DNA from: a virus | Length of the DNA stretch: 64,000 bases | Strand: one strand, 5' to 3' | Virus record (IMG/VR): IMGVR_UViG_3300005613_000018 | Coordinates: 1 to 64,000 of that record | Part shown: one piece after another, positions 53,408 through 62,882 of the stretch | Position numbering within the stretch: position 1 is the first letter of the stretch | Layout: every line of letters begins with the position of its first letter | Program-made: the position numbers and the translations under genes | The notes under the pieces: generated by a model | Told to the model about the DNA's origin: nothing | The model's input: only the letters and a program-made list of their open reading frames with translations | Databases searched by the model: none

Positions 53408-53528
53408 TTTATCTCTTTTAATGTAACTCAAACTATCTAAATAACATTGCTTGTGTGTAGTTACCGAGCAGACTTGGGAGGCTTTGGGCCTCCTTTGTCG
53501 TATAAATAAGTATAACTACACACACGGC

Positions 53529-54146
53529 ATGAATAACTTTTACACTTACGCTTTTTTGCGTGAGGATGGTTCTCCTTACTACATTGGCAAAGGTAGTGGA
53601 TGTAGAGCTACAAAAAAGAGATATGTGGGTGCAAAACGACCCAAAGATAAGAGCAGGATTATTATACTCAAAAACAACTTATCAGAGGAAGACGCATTTA
53701 AGCATGAAATTTATATGATCAACATATATGGTCGTAAGAACAATCATACGGGCATTCTTCATAACTTCACAGACGGAGGTGAGGGATGTAGTGGTATGAA
53801 ACACACCGAAGAGTTCAAGAGAATTAGAAGTGAAAAATATACAGGAAAAAAGAGACAACCTCACACAGAGGAGACTAAACAAAAGTTGAGGATTTCTCGC
53901 TCCAATCAAACTGACCCCCGATTAGGTACAACACACACAGAGGAGACAAAGAAGAGACTGAGTGAACTTAAATGCAAATATGTGTATGAGTTGACATCAC
54001 CTAAAGGGCGGAAATATGTTGCCAATAGTTCTAATTTATTCTGTAAAGAATACCCTGACTTAGAGTTAAATCCCGTTTGTATTCGTCGTGCCTCAACATC
54101 ATCAAACATGTATAAGGGTTGGTATATCATAAGACGAGAGAGATAG
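53529..54146 (+). mobile_element. GIY-YIG homing endonuclease with NUMOD3 repeats
   Basis: FYTY..PYYIGKG, LHNFTDGGEG, three HTEE repeats; TATAAATA at 53501. Confidence 0.85.
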
Positions 54147-54194
54147 AGTTAGTAACCTCTAAAGTTCTTCTATAGTGTAATCAGTTATGCACTC

Positions 54195-54461
54195 ATGATT
54201 GAATCTAACCTCTCCAAAATCAAACCTTGCTTAAGAACAACTGGCCAAGTAACTGGCAATTGGGGAAGACCAAAAGTTAGGACTCATGGTAACACTGACT
54301 TAGGATTTACCACTAAAGAGAACATTACTATGACAACACAAGATGATTATTTGAAGAGAATGTATCAGGCTTTTGATAGAACTGATGACCCTAAAATGAA
54401 GAAATTCATTTATAATGAGATCCGAAAGATTATGGTTCAAAGAGGATTGTGGAATGACTGA
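54195..54461 (+). CDS. Hypothetical cassette protein
   Basis: Follows repeat copy 14. Confidence 0.65.
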   Translation: MIESNLSKIKPCLRTTGQVTGNWGRPKVRTHGNTDLGFTTKENITMTTQDDYLKRMYQAFDRTDDPKMKKFIYNEIRKIMVQRGLWND

Positions 54462-54462
54462 T

Positions 54463-55284
54463 TTAAGGTAAAAGAGAGGAAGGTTTTCTTCCTCTTCTTC
54501 CACATTTTGTTCCTTGTAATCTTGCAGCTTTTTTGGCTGTTTCTGAATTAAATCCACATTTTGATGGTGTCCAATTTGATGGAACTTCATTTCTCCACAG
54601 ATACCAACCTTTACAACTATGTTTGTTATCATCTGGTGAATTTATAGAAAGGTGGATATTACCATTTGATGTCCTTTGACCTGATATAAACTCAGCACAA
54701 TCAGCCTGAGTTGGCCATTCACCACGTTCACCATTTTTATGTAATCCGTATATTTTACCTCTTCTATTCACTCTTGATTTTTTATCAACTAAGTTCTCAT
54801 TTTTCCAACTCCATCTATATCCACCAGCTTGAAATGTAGTTCCTTTAATGCACGCAGTAATTGATGATTTCATCACACCTAATTCTTTTGATGCTATTCC
54901 TCTACTATCATAATCACGAATATGTTCTCCCTCTAATGTATAACAACTGATAGGTTTAATGTTACTATTAGAGAGGTTATAAAGGTCTCTTAATACACCA
55001 CTACCACCTAATGTTGAGTTGTATCCATTGTGATAACTATCTAACTTTTCTATCCAGTATTTCTCTCTCTCACTTACAACATCTTCATTACAGGTTTCTA
55101 TTACATAGAAGGTAAAATTATCAACTCCTTCCTCACATATTGCATTACAGATGTCCATATTATTATAAGGTGATGTAGCGTTGTAGATGTGTTCTTTCCA
55201 CCTAATATGAGGGTCTTTCTTTCTCGTTAGACCGACATATTTCCTATTGGTTTCTTTATGCTGAATGACATAGATTGAAGCCAT
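54463..55284 (-). mobile_element. GIY-YIG homing endonuclease with NUMOD1/HTH-like domain
   Basis: SIY-x9-YVG, EREKYWI, GYNSTLGG; TATAAATA (-) at 55306-55313. Confidence 0.85.
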
Positions 55285-55412
55285 TGGATAATACTCAATT
55301 AGATTTATTTATATAGGGTAAGTGTTAAAAATAGACCCCTAATTGATTAAAGAAAGGTAAAGTTCTATTTTATACATTGTGGAAAAACCTGTGGAAAACT
55401 ATGTTAATGAAG

Positions 55413-55514
55413 GAGTTAATCTTCTCTTTTATCTTATAAACCTCTGAGTTAATGTTCTCTTTTATCTTATAAACCTTCGAGTTAATGTTCTGGAAACTCT
55501 TATAAACCTTCGAG
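55413..55514. repeat. Three tandem 33-bp repeats (iteron-like)
   Basis: GAGTTAATSTTCT...TCTTATAAACCTYY at 55413, 55446, 55479. Confidence 0.85.
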
Positions 55515-55910
55515 GCCTTGTGATCTAAGATGTTCTAACATAAGGAGAACGATTTGTCAACCCCCAGACTCTGAAATCCTCACAATCCCCCCTCTCAAAG
55601 TGTCATAAAGACACACAGATTTCTTATGATTCTAAGCACTAAAAAAACCAATTAAGGGTGAGTTTTTTATAACTCCTTGGCAACCCTTTGATATTCAGTT
55701 GTCTGCTATTTGTCGATCCTTGAGTGTTAACCAGTTTATGTGGAGTTTGTGTCTGACCATTGACCCCGTAGGATGGTTCAGTGTTATAAACTCAACGACC
55801 AGTTATTGAACACAGTGGAACAAATAACTCAACTATTTATAACAAACTCATTTTGAATTAAAGTTAGTAACCTCCAAAGTTCCCTTATAGTGTAGGACAT
55901 CAATCACCAA

Positions 55911-56165
55911 ATGACAACCACTTTCCAAACCAATCTTACCGACACCAGCTACAACGGTTGGACGAATTATGAGACTTGGAATGTAGCCCTTTGGATCAAC
56001 AATGACGAGGGTTTGTATCACTTGGCTCAGGAAGCAGGTAGTTATGAAGATTTCGTAGATTACCTGGAAGCATGTTCTTTCAACAAATTATCTACGAAAG
56101 ATGGTGTTAACTACCGTGATCCTAAAGTTAACACTCTCGAACTGAATGAAGACCTCTTTGATTGA
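55911..56165 (+). CDS. Conserved phage hypothetical protein
   Basis: YNGWTNYETWNVALWINNDEGLY. Confidence 0.75.
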   Translation: MTTTFQTNLTDTSYNGWTNYETWNVALWINNDEGLYHLAQEAGSYEDFVDYLEACSFNKLSTKDGVNYRDPKVNTLELNEDLFD

Positions 56166-56928
56166 CACTTACTCTCAAGACAGTTAATCACACTTTTTCT
56201 CCTTATTTCATGACTTCCTATCAACAACTCCTACAGTCCATTGATGAGATTCAGGCAAGTGGCAAGAAAGTAACAGTGAAGGTTCTTCCTTCAGCTACAC
56301 GTCGGAAACGTAAATCGATGATCTGATCACACTTACATCTTGACCTGATGATGTCATTAAACTCATCAACAGTTCCATACACTTTTCTCTTTTGATTATG
56401 TCCAAGTCCATCATGATCTCTCTGCTTCGTAAGGGTCACACTGGTAACGAAATCCTTGAGATTCTTGAAGCTATTGTCTCTGAAGATATGAGTCAGGTGA
56501 ATGAGCCTACTCTGGAGGAATTGGAGTTCTGATATACACATAAGGGGGGACAGTAGTTGACACTCTTCTCCCCTTATAGTAGAATGACAGTATAATCGAA
56601 TCGACAGGCTTATGGGGGTTTGTGTGTAACCCCGTGGATCGTGTAACGTGATATAAGTATAAGGGTTTAAGGTATAATGGCCTGTAGGGGTTCTGAGTGG
56701 GGTCTGAAAGGGTTATAATATATGACCCCCCCGAATAAAAATCGCTAACTTCCCTAACCTACAGAGGTGACAAAAACCGCGCGTTATTTTCCGCTCAATA
56801 AAAAATTCCCCCAGGATTTTTTGAACCTCTCAGACCTTTTTCATAAAAAATTTCCCCCGGCAAAATCCCCCTTTCAGAGAATATGTGAGTCATATATAAA
56901 GTGAAATTCATTCAAAAAATTTTTAGAA

Positions 56929-57561
56929 ATGATTAAGTATCGAATGTATGAAAGAGAATTGACAGGAGGTGGTGTCTGGCAAGATCATGATTGTGTTGAT
57001 AATTTTGAAGAATATAATATAAATTTGGACAAGTATGGTCTTGGTAGAACATCGAGTAATGAGACATCACCTCATAATTATATTCATGTATTTGCTACTC
57101 ATGAATATGTAAAGACATTAGAACAACATGTATTAGATTTTTTCGATATATCTGTCAACTTTCCTGTCACGTTCTTCACAAGAAAGGTTCCATTTACCTC
57201 AGATTTTAGATGTGGATTTAGTTTTGATACTTATGAGACATTTAATTCAACATATTATGATCAGGCTATAATGACACGTAACATGTTAAATGGATTATAT
57301 GAGAGTATAAACTTATCAGGGGATTTTACAAGTACTGGTGACTTTATTGATGATTCAATTCATATTGAAATCAATCCCATACAAACTCAGGAAACTTACA
57401 ACAGAATTAAACAAATAATTACTGATACATATGGAGTCAGTAATTTTGTATATCCTGACAGTGTGTTTGCCAATGGACTTCCAGTTTACTTCCATTTCAA
57501 GATAAAATATGGAACAGATGGATTAGTCATTAAATTTTATAATTTAGATAAGAATGTATAA
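56929..57561 (+). CDS. Hypothetical protein
   Basis: 210-aa ORF. Confidence 0.65.
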   Translation: MIKYRMYERELTGGGVWQDHDCVDNFEEYNINLDKYGLGRTSSNETSPHNYIHVFATHEYVKTLEQHVLDFFDISVNFPVTFFTRKVPFTSDFRCGFSFDTYETFNSTYYDQAIMTRNMLNGLYESINLSGDFTSTGDFIDDSIHIEINPIQTQETYNRIKQIITDTYGVSNFVYPDSVFANGLPVYFHFKIKYGTDGLVIKFYNLDKNV

Positions 57562-57639
57562 GTTTCTCAGAGAAATGGTTCTTGACAGGAGAGATAAATC
57601 TAAGTAGAATGAAGTGATGATTGGAGTGTTTATCAGAGG

Positions 57640-58764
57640 ATGATTTTATCACCAGATGATGCAAGATATGTTGCAAAGAAATTTAAAGAATATTATCTCA
57701 AATTTGAAAGTATTTCTGATTATCAATTAGAATGTCTGAAGTATCGAAACTTTGAGAATTCATTGTTTAGTGATAATGATTATGTCTTTGATAATTTTGA
57801 CATGAGCCCTGAAGATATGAACTTCAAGATTCATAGTATTGATACAATGGAACAGGGAAAAGAAAAGTATCATTTACTTTTCAGTAATCTTCTTGAGCTC
57901 ACTGGAAGTAATCAGATTGAGAGAAGTATTCCAGGAAGAAAGTTAAGGTGGTTAATTGAAGAAACGAATACAGGAAAGTATGTCGGAATGATCCGAATGG
58001 GTTCACCGACCACTTATTCAAAACCACGTAATGATCTATTAGGTGAAGTTGTAGATCTGAAGAACTTAAATCATAGAATGGTGATGGGATTTAATATTGT
58101 TCCGACACAACCATTTGGGTACAATTATCTCGGTGGCAAGTTGCTCTCGTTACTCTGTTGTTCACATGAGATGAAGAGACAGTTTGATGAAAAGTATCAG
58201 ACTGATCTAGCCTTCTTTGAGACCACATCTCTCTATGGAAGTAGTAAATCATCATCACAGTATGATGGGTTAAAACCTTATATCAAATACATTGGTCTCA
58301 GTGTAAGTGATTTAGTACCCTTAATTCAGGGCGAACTCTATGATGAGTTATGTGATTATTTCAAAGTTCGAAATCATAACAAACATCTTGTCCCATTGAC
58401 TGCATCATCTCGTAAGAGAAAGATGCAAACTAAATGGGTATCTGAAGTGAAAAAGAGTCTCAAGGAGTTTCCTGATGAAAAGGAAGACTTTATGAAAACA
58501 ATTGATTATGCAAAAAATCTGACAGAACGAAAGAGAACTTTTAGTTGTAATTATGGATTTATGAATTCAAAAGAAGTTATTATAGGTAAGGAAGATAAAC
58601 TGATTCCAAATCCTGAAAACTATCATAAGTTTGAATTGAATAATCTCATTGAGTATTGGCGTAAAAAGGCCACAAAACGATATGAGAAACTGAAAAAAGA
58701 AGGTCGATTGAGAACTGAAATTGAGACATGGACATCTCAAAAATCAATTGATATGATCCGTTAA
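57640..58764 (+). CDS. DUF4338 (DruA-like) protein
   Basis: PGR.L, FNIVPTQPFGYNYLGGKLL, FETTSLYG, SQYDG; TTGACA-N17-TAGAAT upstream. Confidence 0.7.
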   Translation: MILSPDDARYVAKKFKEYYLKFESISDYQLECLKYRNFENSLFSDNDYVFDNFDMSPEDMNFKIHSIDTMEQGKEKYHLLFSNLLELTGSNQIERSIPGRKLRWLIEETNTGKYVGMIRMGSPTTYSKPRNDLLGEVVDLKNLNHRMVMGFNIVPTQPFGYNYLGGKLLSLLCCSHEMKRQFDEKYQTDLAFFETTSLYGSSKSSSQYDGLKPYIKYIGLSVSDLVPLIQGELYDELCDYFKVRNHNKHLVPLTASSRKRKMQTKWVSEVKKSLKEFPDEKEDFMKTIDYAKNLTERKRTFSCNYGFMNSKEVIIGKEDKLIPNPENYHKFELNNLIEYWRKKATKRYEKLKKEGRLRTEIETWTSQKSIDMIR

Positions 58765-59016
58765 TGAAAACTATATAATCAAGAGTCTTAAGAAAATTAT
58801 ATGAAAGAATTAAGATATCATATCTATGTGAACAATAAATGTGTATCACATAATCTCGATGAAGAGAGTTTCATAGGTCTTTTTGAATATTACAATCATG
58901 TATCAAATCATGTAACGTATGAAGTTGTGGAAGTTTCACAATATCAAGAGGCAAGTTACTAGACAAAGACTAAATATCCAAGTATAATGAAATTTGAAAT
59001 GGAGTGACTCTAATTC

Positions 59017-59826
59017 ATGGCTAAAGGATTTACCGTAAAAGCATCAGCACCAAAGAAACAAGAAAAAACTGAACTTTGGGATTATGATGCAATCAAACAA
59101 CGAATGAAAGGAAAGGCAATTGTATTCTGTCTTCCTGGACGTGGTGTATCATATATGTTTTTGAAGAATTTTGTACAACTTTGTTTTGATCTTGTACAAA
59201 ATGGAATGAGTATTCAAATTAGCCAAGATTATTCTTCTATGGTTAATTTTGCTCGTTGTAAAGTTCTTGGAGCGAATGTTCTTCGAGGACCTGATCAAAT
59301 TCCTTGGGATGGTAAGCTTCATTATGATTACCAACTTTGGATTGATAGTGATATCATCTTTGATAGTAATAAGTTTTGGCAGTTATGTGATCTTGCACTT
59401 CCAGCTGAAGCAATTGATGAAGATGGTAATGAAATTGAAGGAGCTGATAATCCAATCAGTGCTGGATGGTATAGTACAGAAGATGGACGTACCACATCCG
59501 TTGCACATTGGTTGGATGAAGATGACTTCCGTAACAATGGTGGAGTCATGAATCATGAAATGGTTGATGGTATTACCAAACGTAAGAAACCCTTTATGGT
59601 AGACTATACTGGTTTCGGTTGGGTTATGATTCGTAACGGTGTCTTTGAGAATGAGAAGATGAAGTATCCTTGGTTTGCTCCCAAGATGCAAGTCTTTGAA
59701 TCTGGAGCTGTTCAAGATATGTGTGGTGAAGATGTTTCATTCTGTCTCGATGCAATTGAGGCTGGTTATGAAATCTGGTGTGATCCACGTATTCGTGTAG
59801 GACATGAAAAGACAAGGATTATCTAA
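59017..59826 (+). CDS. Glycosyltransferase-A-fold-like conserved cyanophage protein
   Basis: LWIDSD, TGFGWVMI, GEDVSFC, VGHEK. Confidence 0.7.
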   Translation: MAKGFTVKASAPKKQEKTELWDYDAIKQRMKGKAIVFCLPGRGVSYMFLKNFVQLCFDLVQNGMSIQISQDYSSMVNFARCKVLGANVLRGPDQIPWDGKLHYDYQLWIDSDIIFDSNKFWQLCDLALPAEAIDEDGNEIEGADNPISAGWYSTEDGRTTSVAHWLDEDDFRNNGGVMNHEMVDGITKRKKPFMVDYTGFGWVMIRNGVFENEKMKYPWFAPKMQVFESGAVQDMCGEDVSFCLDAIEAGYEIWCDPRIRVGHEKTRII

Positions 59827-59950
59827 TGTTCGGTAAAAGAAAAAAATCAAAAGTGAATTGGAGTTCGGGAGACAAAAGAAAAAGAAAAGGAGGATCTCGA
59901 ACCTCTTCTCAAAAATCAACTTCTAGAAAACGTCGAAAGTAAAATTAATT

Positions 59951-60097
59951 ATGGCAAAATTCAAAAAATCTCTGATGGGTTCGGCATTCATTGAACCTCA
60001 ACCAAAGAAAACTCGTCAAGGATCTGGCAAACATACAAAGTGTGCAGCATCTAGTCGAAATGGAAAACCAAAGCGTTATAGGGGTCAAGGACGATAA
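59951..60097 (+). CDS. Small basic conserved phage peptide
   Basis: PKKTRQGSGKHTK...KRYRGQGR*; terminator follows at 60107. Confidence 0.65.
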   Translation: MAKFKKSLMGSAFIEPQPKKTRQGSGKHTKCAASSRNGKPKRYRGQGR

Positions 60098-60377
60098 GTT
60101 ATATTTCAACCAGGTTTTTAACCTGGTTTTTTATTGCCAGACCTTATACATAAAGCATAGTGATTATCATTAGGAGACTTATGGAAAAAGAATTTCTTAG
60201 GGAGATTAGTAATGATGATCGAACACCAAAAAGAAAAAAATCTCAACTTGATGAAGATGGGTTTTTTTTGTCAGACGATTGTTCTAGTCCTGATCATAAG
60301 TGTACTTGTAATTCTAAACAAGTAGTCATAACTGAATTTTAGTCTAATAAATAAATCAGGTTTGTTGCAACTAGTCA

Positions 60378-60779
60378 GTGCCTCTTGAACGTGTCAGTAA
60401 AGGTTTTAAAGACATCAGTGCTACTTTTCAGATCAGTCCAATCAACTCTGATCTGATTTCACTGAAGAACGCTAACGCCATCGCAAGATCAGTTCGTAAT
60501 CTTGTATTTACACAACCCGGTGATAAACCTTTCCAACCCACAGTTGGTTCAAGAGTATCTGAATTATTATTTGAGAATTTTGATAAATTAACTGCCACTT
60601 CAATTCGAAGTGAAATTGAAAATACAATCAATGAGTATGAACCTCGGGTCAAATTGAATGAAGTCATAGTAGAACCAGACTTCGATAGTTATGAGTTTAA
60701 TGTGACTATAAAATATTTCATTGTAGGTATTGATGTACCAGTTCAACAACTCACATTCATCTTGGAACCCACTAGGTAA
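60378..60779 (+). CDS. gp25: Baseplate wedge protein gp25
   Basis: AIARSVRNLV.T.PG..PFQP..GS, YEPRV. Confidence 0.93.
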   Translation: MPLERVSKGFKDISATFQISPINSDLISLKNANAIARSVRNLVFTQPGDKPFQPTVGSRVSELLFENFDKLTATSIRSEIENTINEYEPRVKLNEVIVEPDFDSYEFNVTIKYFIVGIDVPVQQLTFILEPTR

Positions 60780-62870
60780 ATGCCTTTAGTTAATTTTAGC
60801 AATCTAGACTTTGATCAGATTAGAGACTCTATCAAGAGTTATCTTCGATCAAATTCCAATTTTACAGATTATGACTTTGAGGGATCTAATCTTTCAACGA
60901 TTATCGATACTCTTGCATATAATACTTACATAACCTCATACAACGCCAACATGGTGACGAATGAGGTGTTTATTGATAGTGCGACTTTAAGGGAAAATGT
61001 AGTTTCCCTAGCTCGTAATATAGGATATCTTCCAAGATCAAGAAAATCAGCTGTAGCAAATATATCTTTTAGTGTTGATGCATCAAATACAACAGCTGTC
61101 ACCGTCACATTAAAAGCTGGAACGGCATTTATTTCAAGTCGTGCTTTTGGTAATGAAAGTTATATATTCTCAATTCCTGATGATATTACAGTTCCTGTAG
61201 ACTCCACTGGAACTGCCAACTTCACCAACATTGATATTTACGAAGGAACATATATTAAAAACACTTACACTGTAAATTCAAGAACTCCAAATCAAAAATT
61301 CATTATACCAAATAGTGGATGTGATACTTCTCTGATTAGAGTTATTGTAAAAACTTCTCAAAGTGCTATAGATGTTGGAACTTCGGAAAAGTTTTTACAA
61401 TATGATAATCTTTATGAAATTGGGCCAAATTCACCGATTTACTTTTTAGAAGAAATTGATAGTGAAAGATATGAGTTGTTATTTGGTGATGGTATATTTG
61501 GAAAGAAACTAGAAGAACCAAATTTTGTTGAAGTCAGTTATATCGTTTCTAATGGTGAGAATGCAAACAATATATCCAATTTCACATTTTCAGGAACACT
61601 TAGAGATAATAGTGGAAACTCTATTACATCGGGAGTTTCATTAATTGCTACAAATTATCAGTCATTTGGTGGCAAGTCTATTGAAAGTGTCGAATCGATT
61701 AAAAAATACGCTCCTAGAATTTACGCTTCTCAAAATAGAGCAGTTACTTCTTCCGACTATGAAGCATTGATTCCTAAAATTTATCCAGAATCTGAATCCG
61801 TATCTGCCTTTGGTGGGGAAGAACTCACACCACCTTCATATGGGAAAGTCTTTATCAGTATTAAACCATATAATGGTGTATATCTATCTTCAACCATAAA
61901 AAGTAATATACTCTCAGAACTCAGAAAATATACTGTAGCTGGAATTATCCCAGAAATTATTGATCTGAAATACCTTTACATAGAATCAAATTCTAATGTT
62001 TATTATAATACAAATCTCGCACCATCTTCATCATATGTAAAAGACACTATTGTCCAAAACATCACAAATTACTCCAACTCGTCGGATCTTAATAAGTTTG
62101 GAGCTAGATTTAAGTACAGTAAATATCTCAACATCATTGATAATAGTAATGAATCAATTACATCTAATATTACAACTGTCAACATAAGAAGAGATATGGC
62201 AGCTTTTTTAAATCAGTTTGCTGAATATGAGATTTGTTTTGGTAATAGATTTCATATCAAAAATCATGGACATTCCTCTACTTACGATGGTAATGTTATT
62301 GGATATAATATCAAATCATCTGGATTTACCGTGAGTGGAATTTCTGGAACAGTTTATCTTGGTGATGTTCCAAACAGTGATTTGGAAACTGGAACTATTT
62401 TCTTATTTAAATTGAATTCACCTACAGAACCAGTAGTTATAAAAAAAGGTATTGGTACAATTGATTATATTAAAGGGGAAATTAAACTTAACCCTATAAA
62501 AATACTATCGACAAAAGTTAACAAAGATATTCCACTAGTTGAGATATCTGCAACTCCATATTCAAATGATGTTATTGGTTTACAAGATTTATATCTACAA
62601 CTCGATCTAAGTTCTGTTTCGGTTACTATGGTTCCAGATCAAATTGCATCTGGAGATGATATTTCGGGTACAAATTATAAAGTAAGTTCTAGTTATTCTA
62701 ATGGTAGTTTAGTTCGTGGAACACCAGTATTCACTTCTCCGACATCTACCTCTTCAACGACCTCTTTAACGTCCACTTCTTCAGTATATACTACTACCAG
62801 TACTTCAACTTCTCCTTCTACAAGTATGGTAAATAGTAGTAATAATGGTTCAACAACCTCCACTTATTAA
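60780..62870 (+). CDS. gp6: Baseplate wedge protein gp6
   Basis: LDFDQI, FTDYDFEGS, LAYNT, SQNRAVT..DY. Confidence 0.95.
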   Translation: MPLVNFSNLDFDQIRDSIKSYLRSNSNFTDYDFEGSNLSTIIDTLAYNTYITSYNANMVTNEVFIDSATLRENVVSLARNIGYLPRSRKSAVANISFSVDASNTTAVTVTLKAGTAFISSRAFGNESYIFSIPDDITVPVDSTGTANFTNIDIYEGTYIKNTYTVNSRTPNQKFIIPNSGCDTSLIRVIVKTSQSAIDVGTSEKFLQYDNLYEIGPNSPIYFLEEIDSERYELLFGDGIFGKKLEEPNFVEVSYIVSNGENANNISNFTFSGTLRDNSGNSITSGVSLIATNYQSFGGKSIESVESIKKYAPRIYASQNRAVTSSDYEALIPKIYPESESVSAFGGEELTPPSYGKVFISIKPYNGVYLSSTIKSNILSELRKYTVAGIIPEIIDLKYLYIESNSNVYYNTNLAPSSSYVKDTIVQNITNYSNSSDLNKFGARFKYSKYLNIIDNSNESITSNITTVNIRRDMAAFLNQFAEYEICFGNRFHIKNHGHSSTYDGNVIGYNIKSSGFTVSGISGTVYLGDVPNSDLETGTIFLFKLNSPTEPVVIKKGIGTIDYIKGEIKLNPIKILSTKVNKDIPLVEISATPYSNDVIGLQDLYLQLDLSSVSVTMVPDQIASGDDISGTNYKVSSSYSNGSLVRGTPVFTSPTSTSSTTSLTSTSSVYTTTSTSTSPSTSMVNSSNNGSTTSTY

Positions 62871-62882
62871 GATATATTAGAA

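Larger units (their letters stand above)
40657..55892 (+). repeat. 15 dispersed direct copies of ~35-bp motif AAAGTTAGTWACCTCNAAAGTTCYYYTATAGT
   Basis: GTTAG core starts at 40657, 45063, 48439, 48853, 49787, 50277, 50737, 51063, 51640, 51876, 52353, 52585, 53012, 54148, 55863. Confidence 0.95.

Noticed and set aside
48439-54180. CRISPR array interpretation of the ~35-bp repeats
   Set aside because: Intervening segments are 200 to >1000 bp, variable and contain intact ORFs; no cas genes
40657-55892. Classical integron attC sites
   Set aside because: GTTAGTW does not fit GTTRRRY, there is no long imperfect hairpin with an inverse core, and no integrase in the window
62730-62870. Ser/Thr-rich tail of gp6 as a separate element
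   Set aside because: Low-complexity in-frame extension with no other signal
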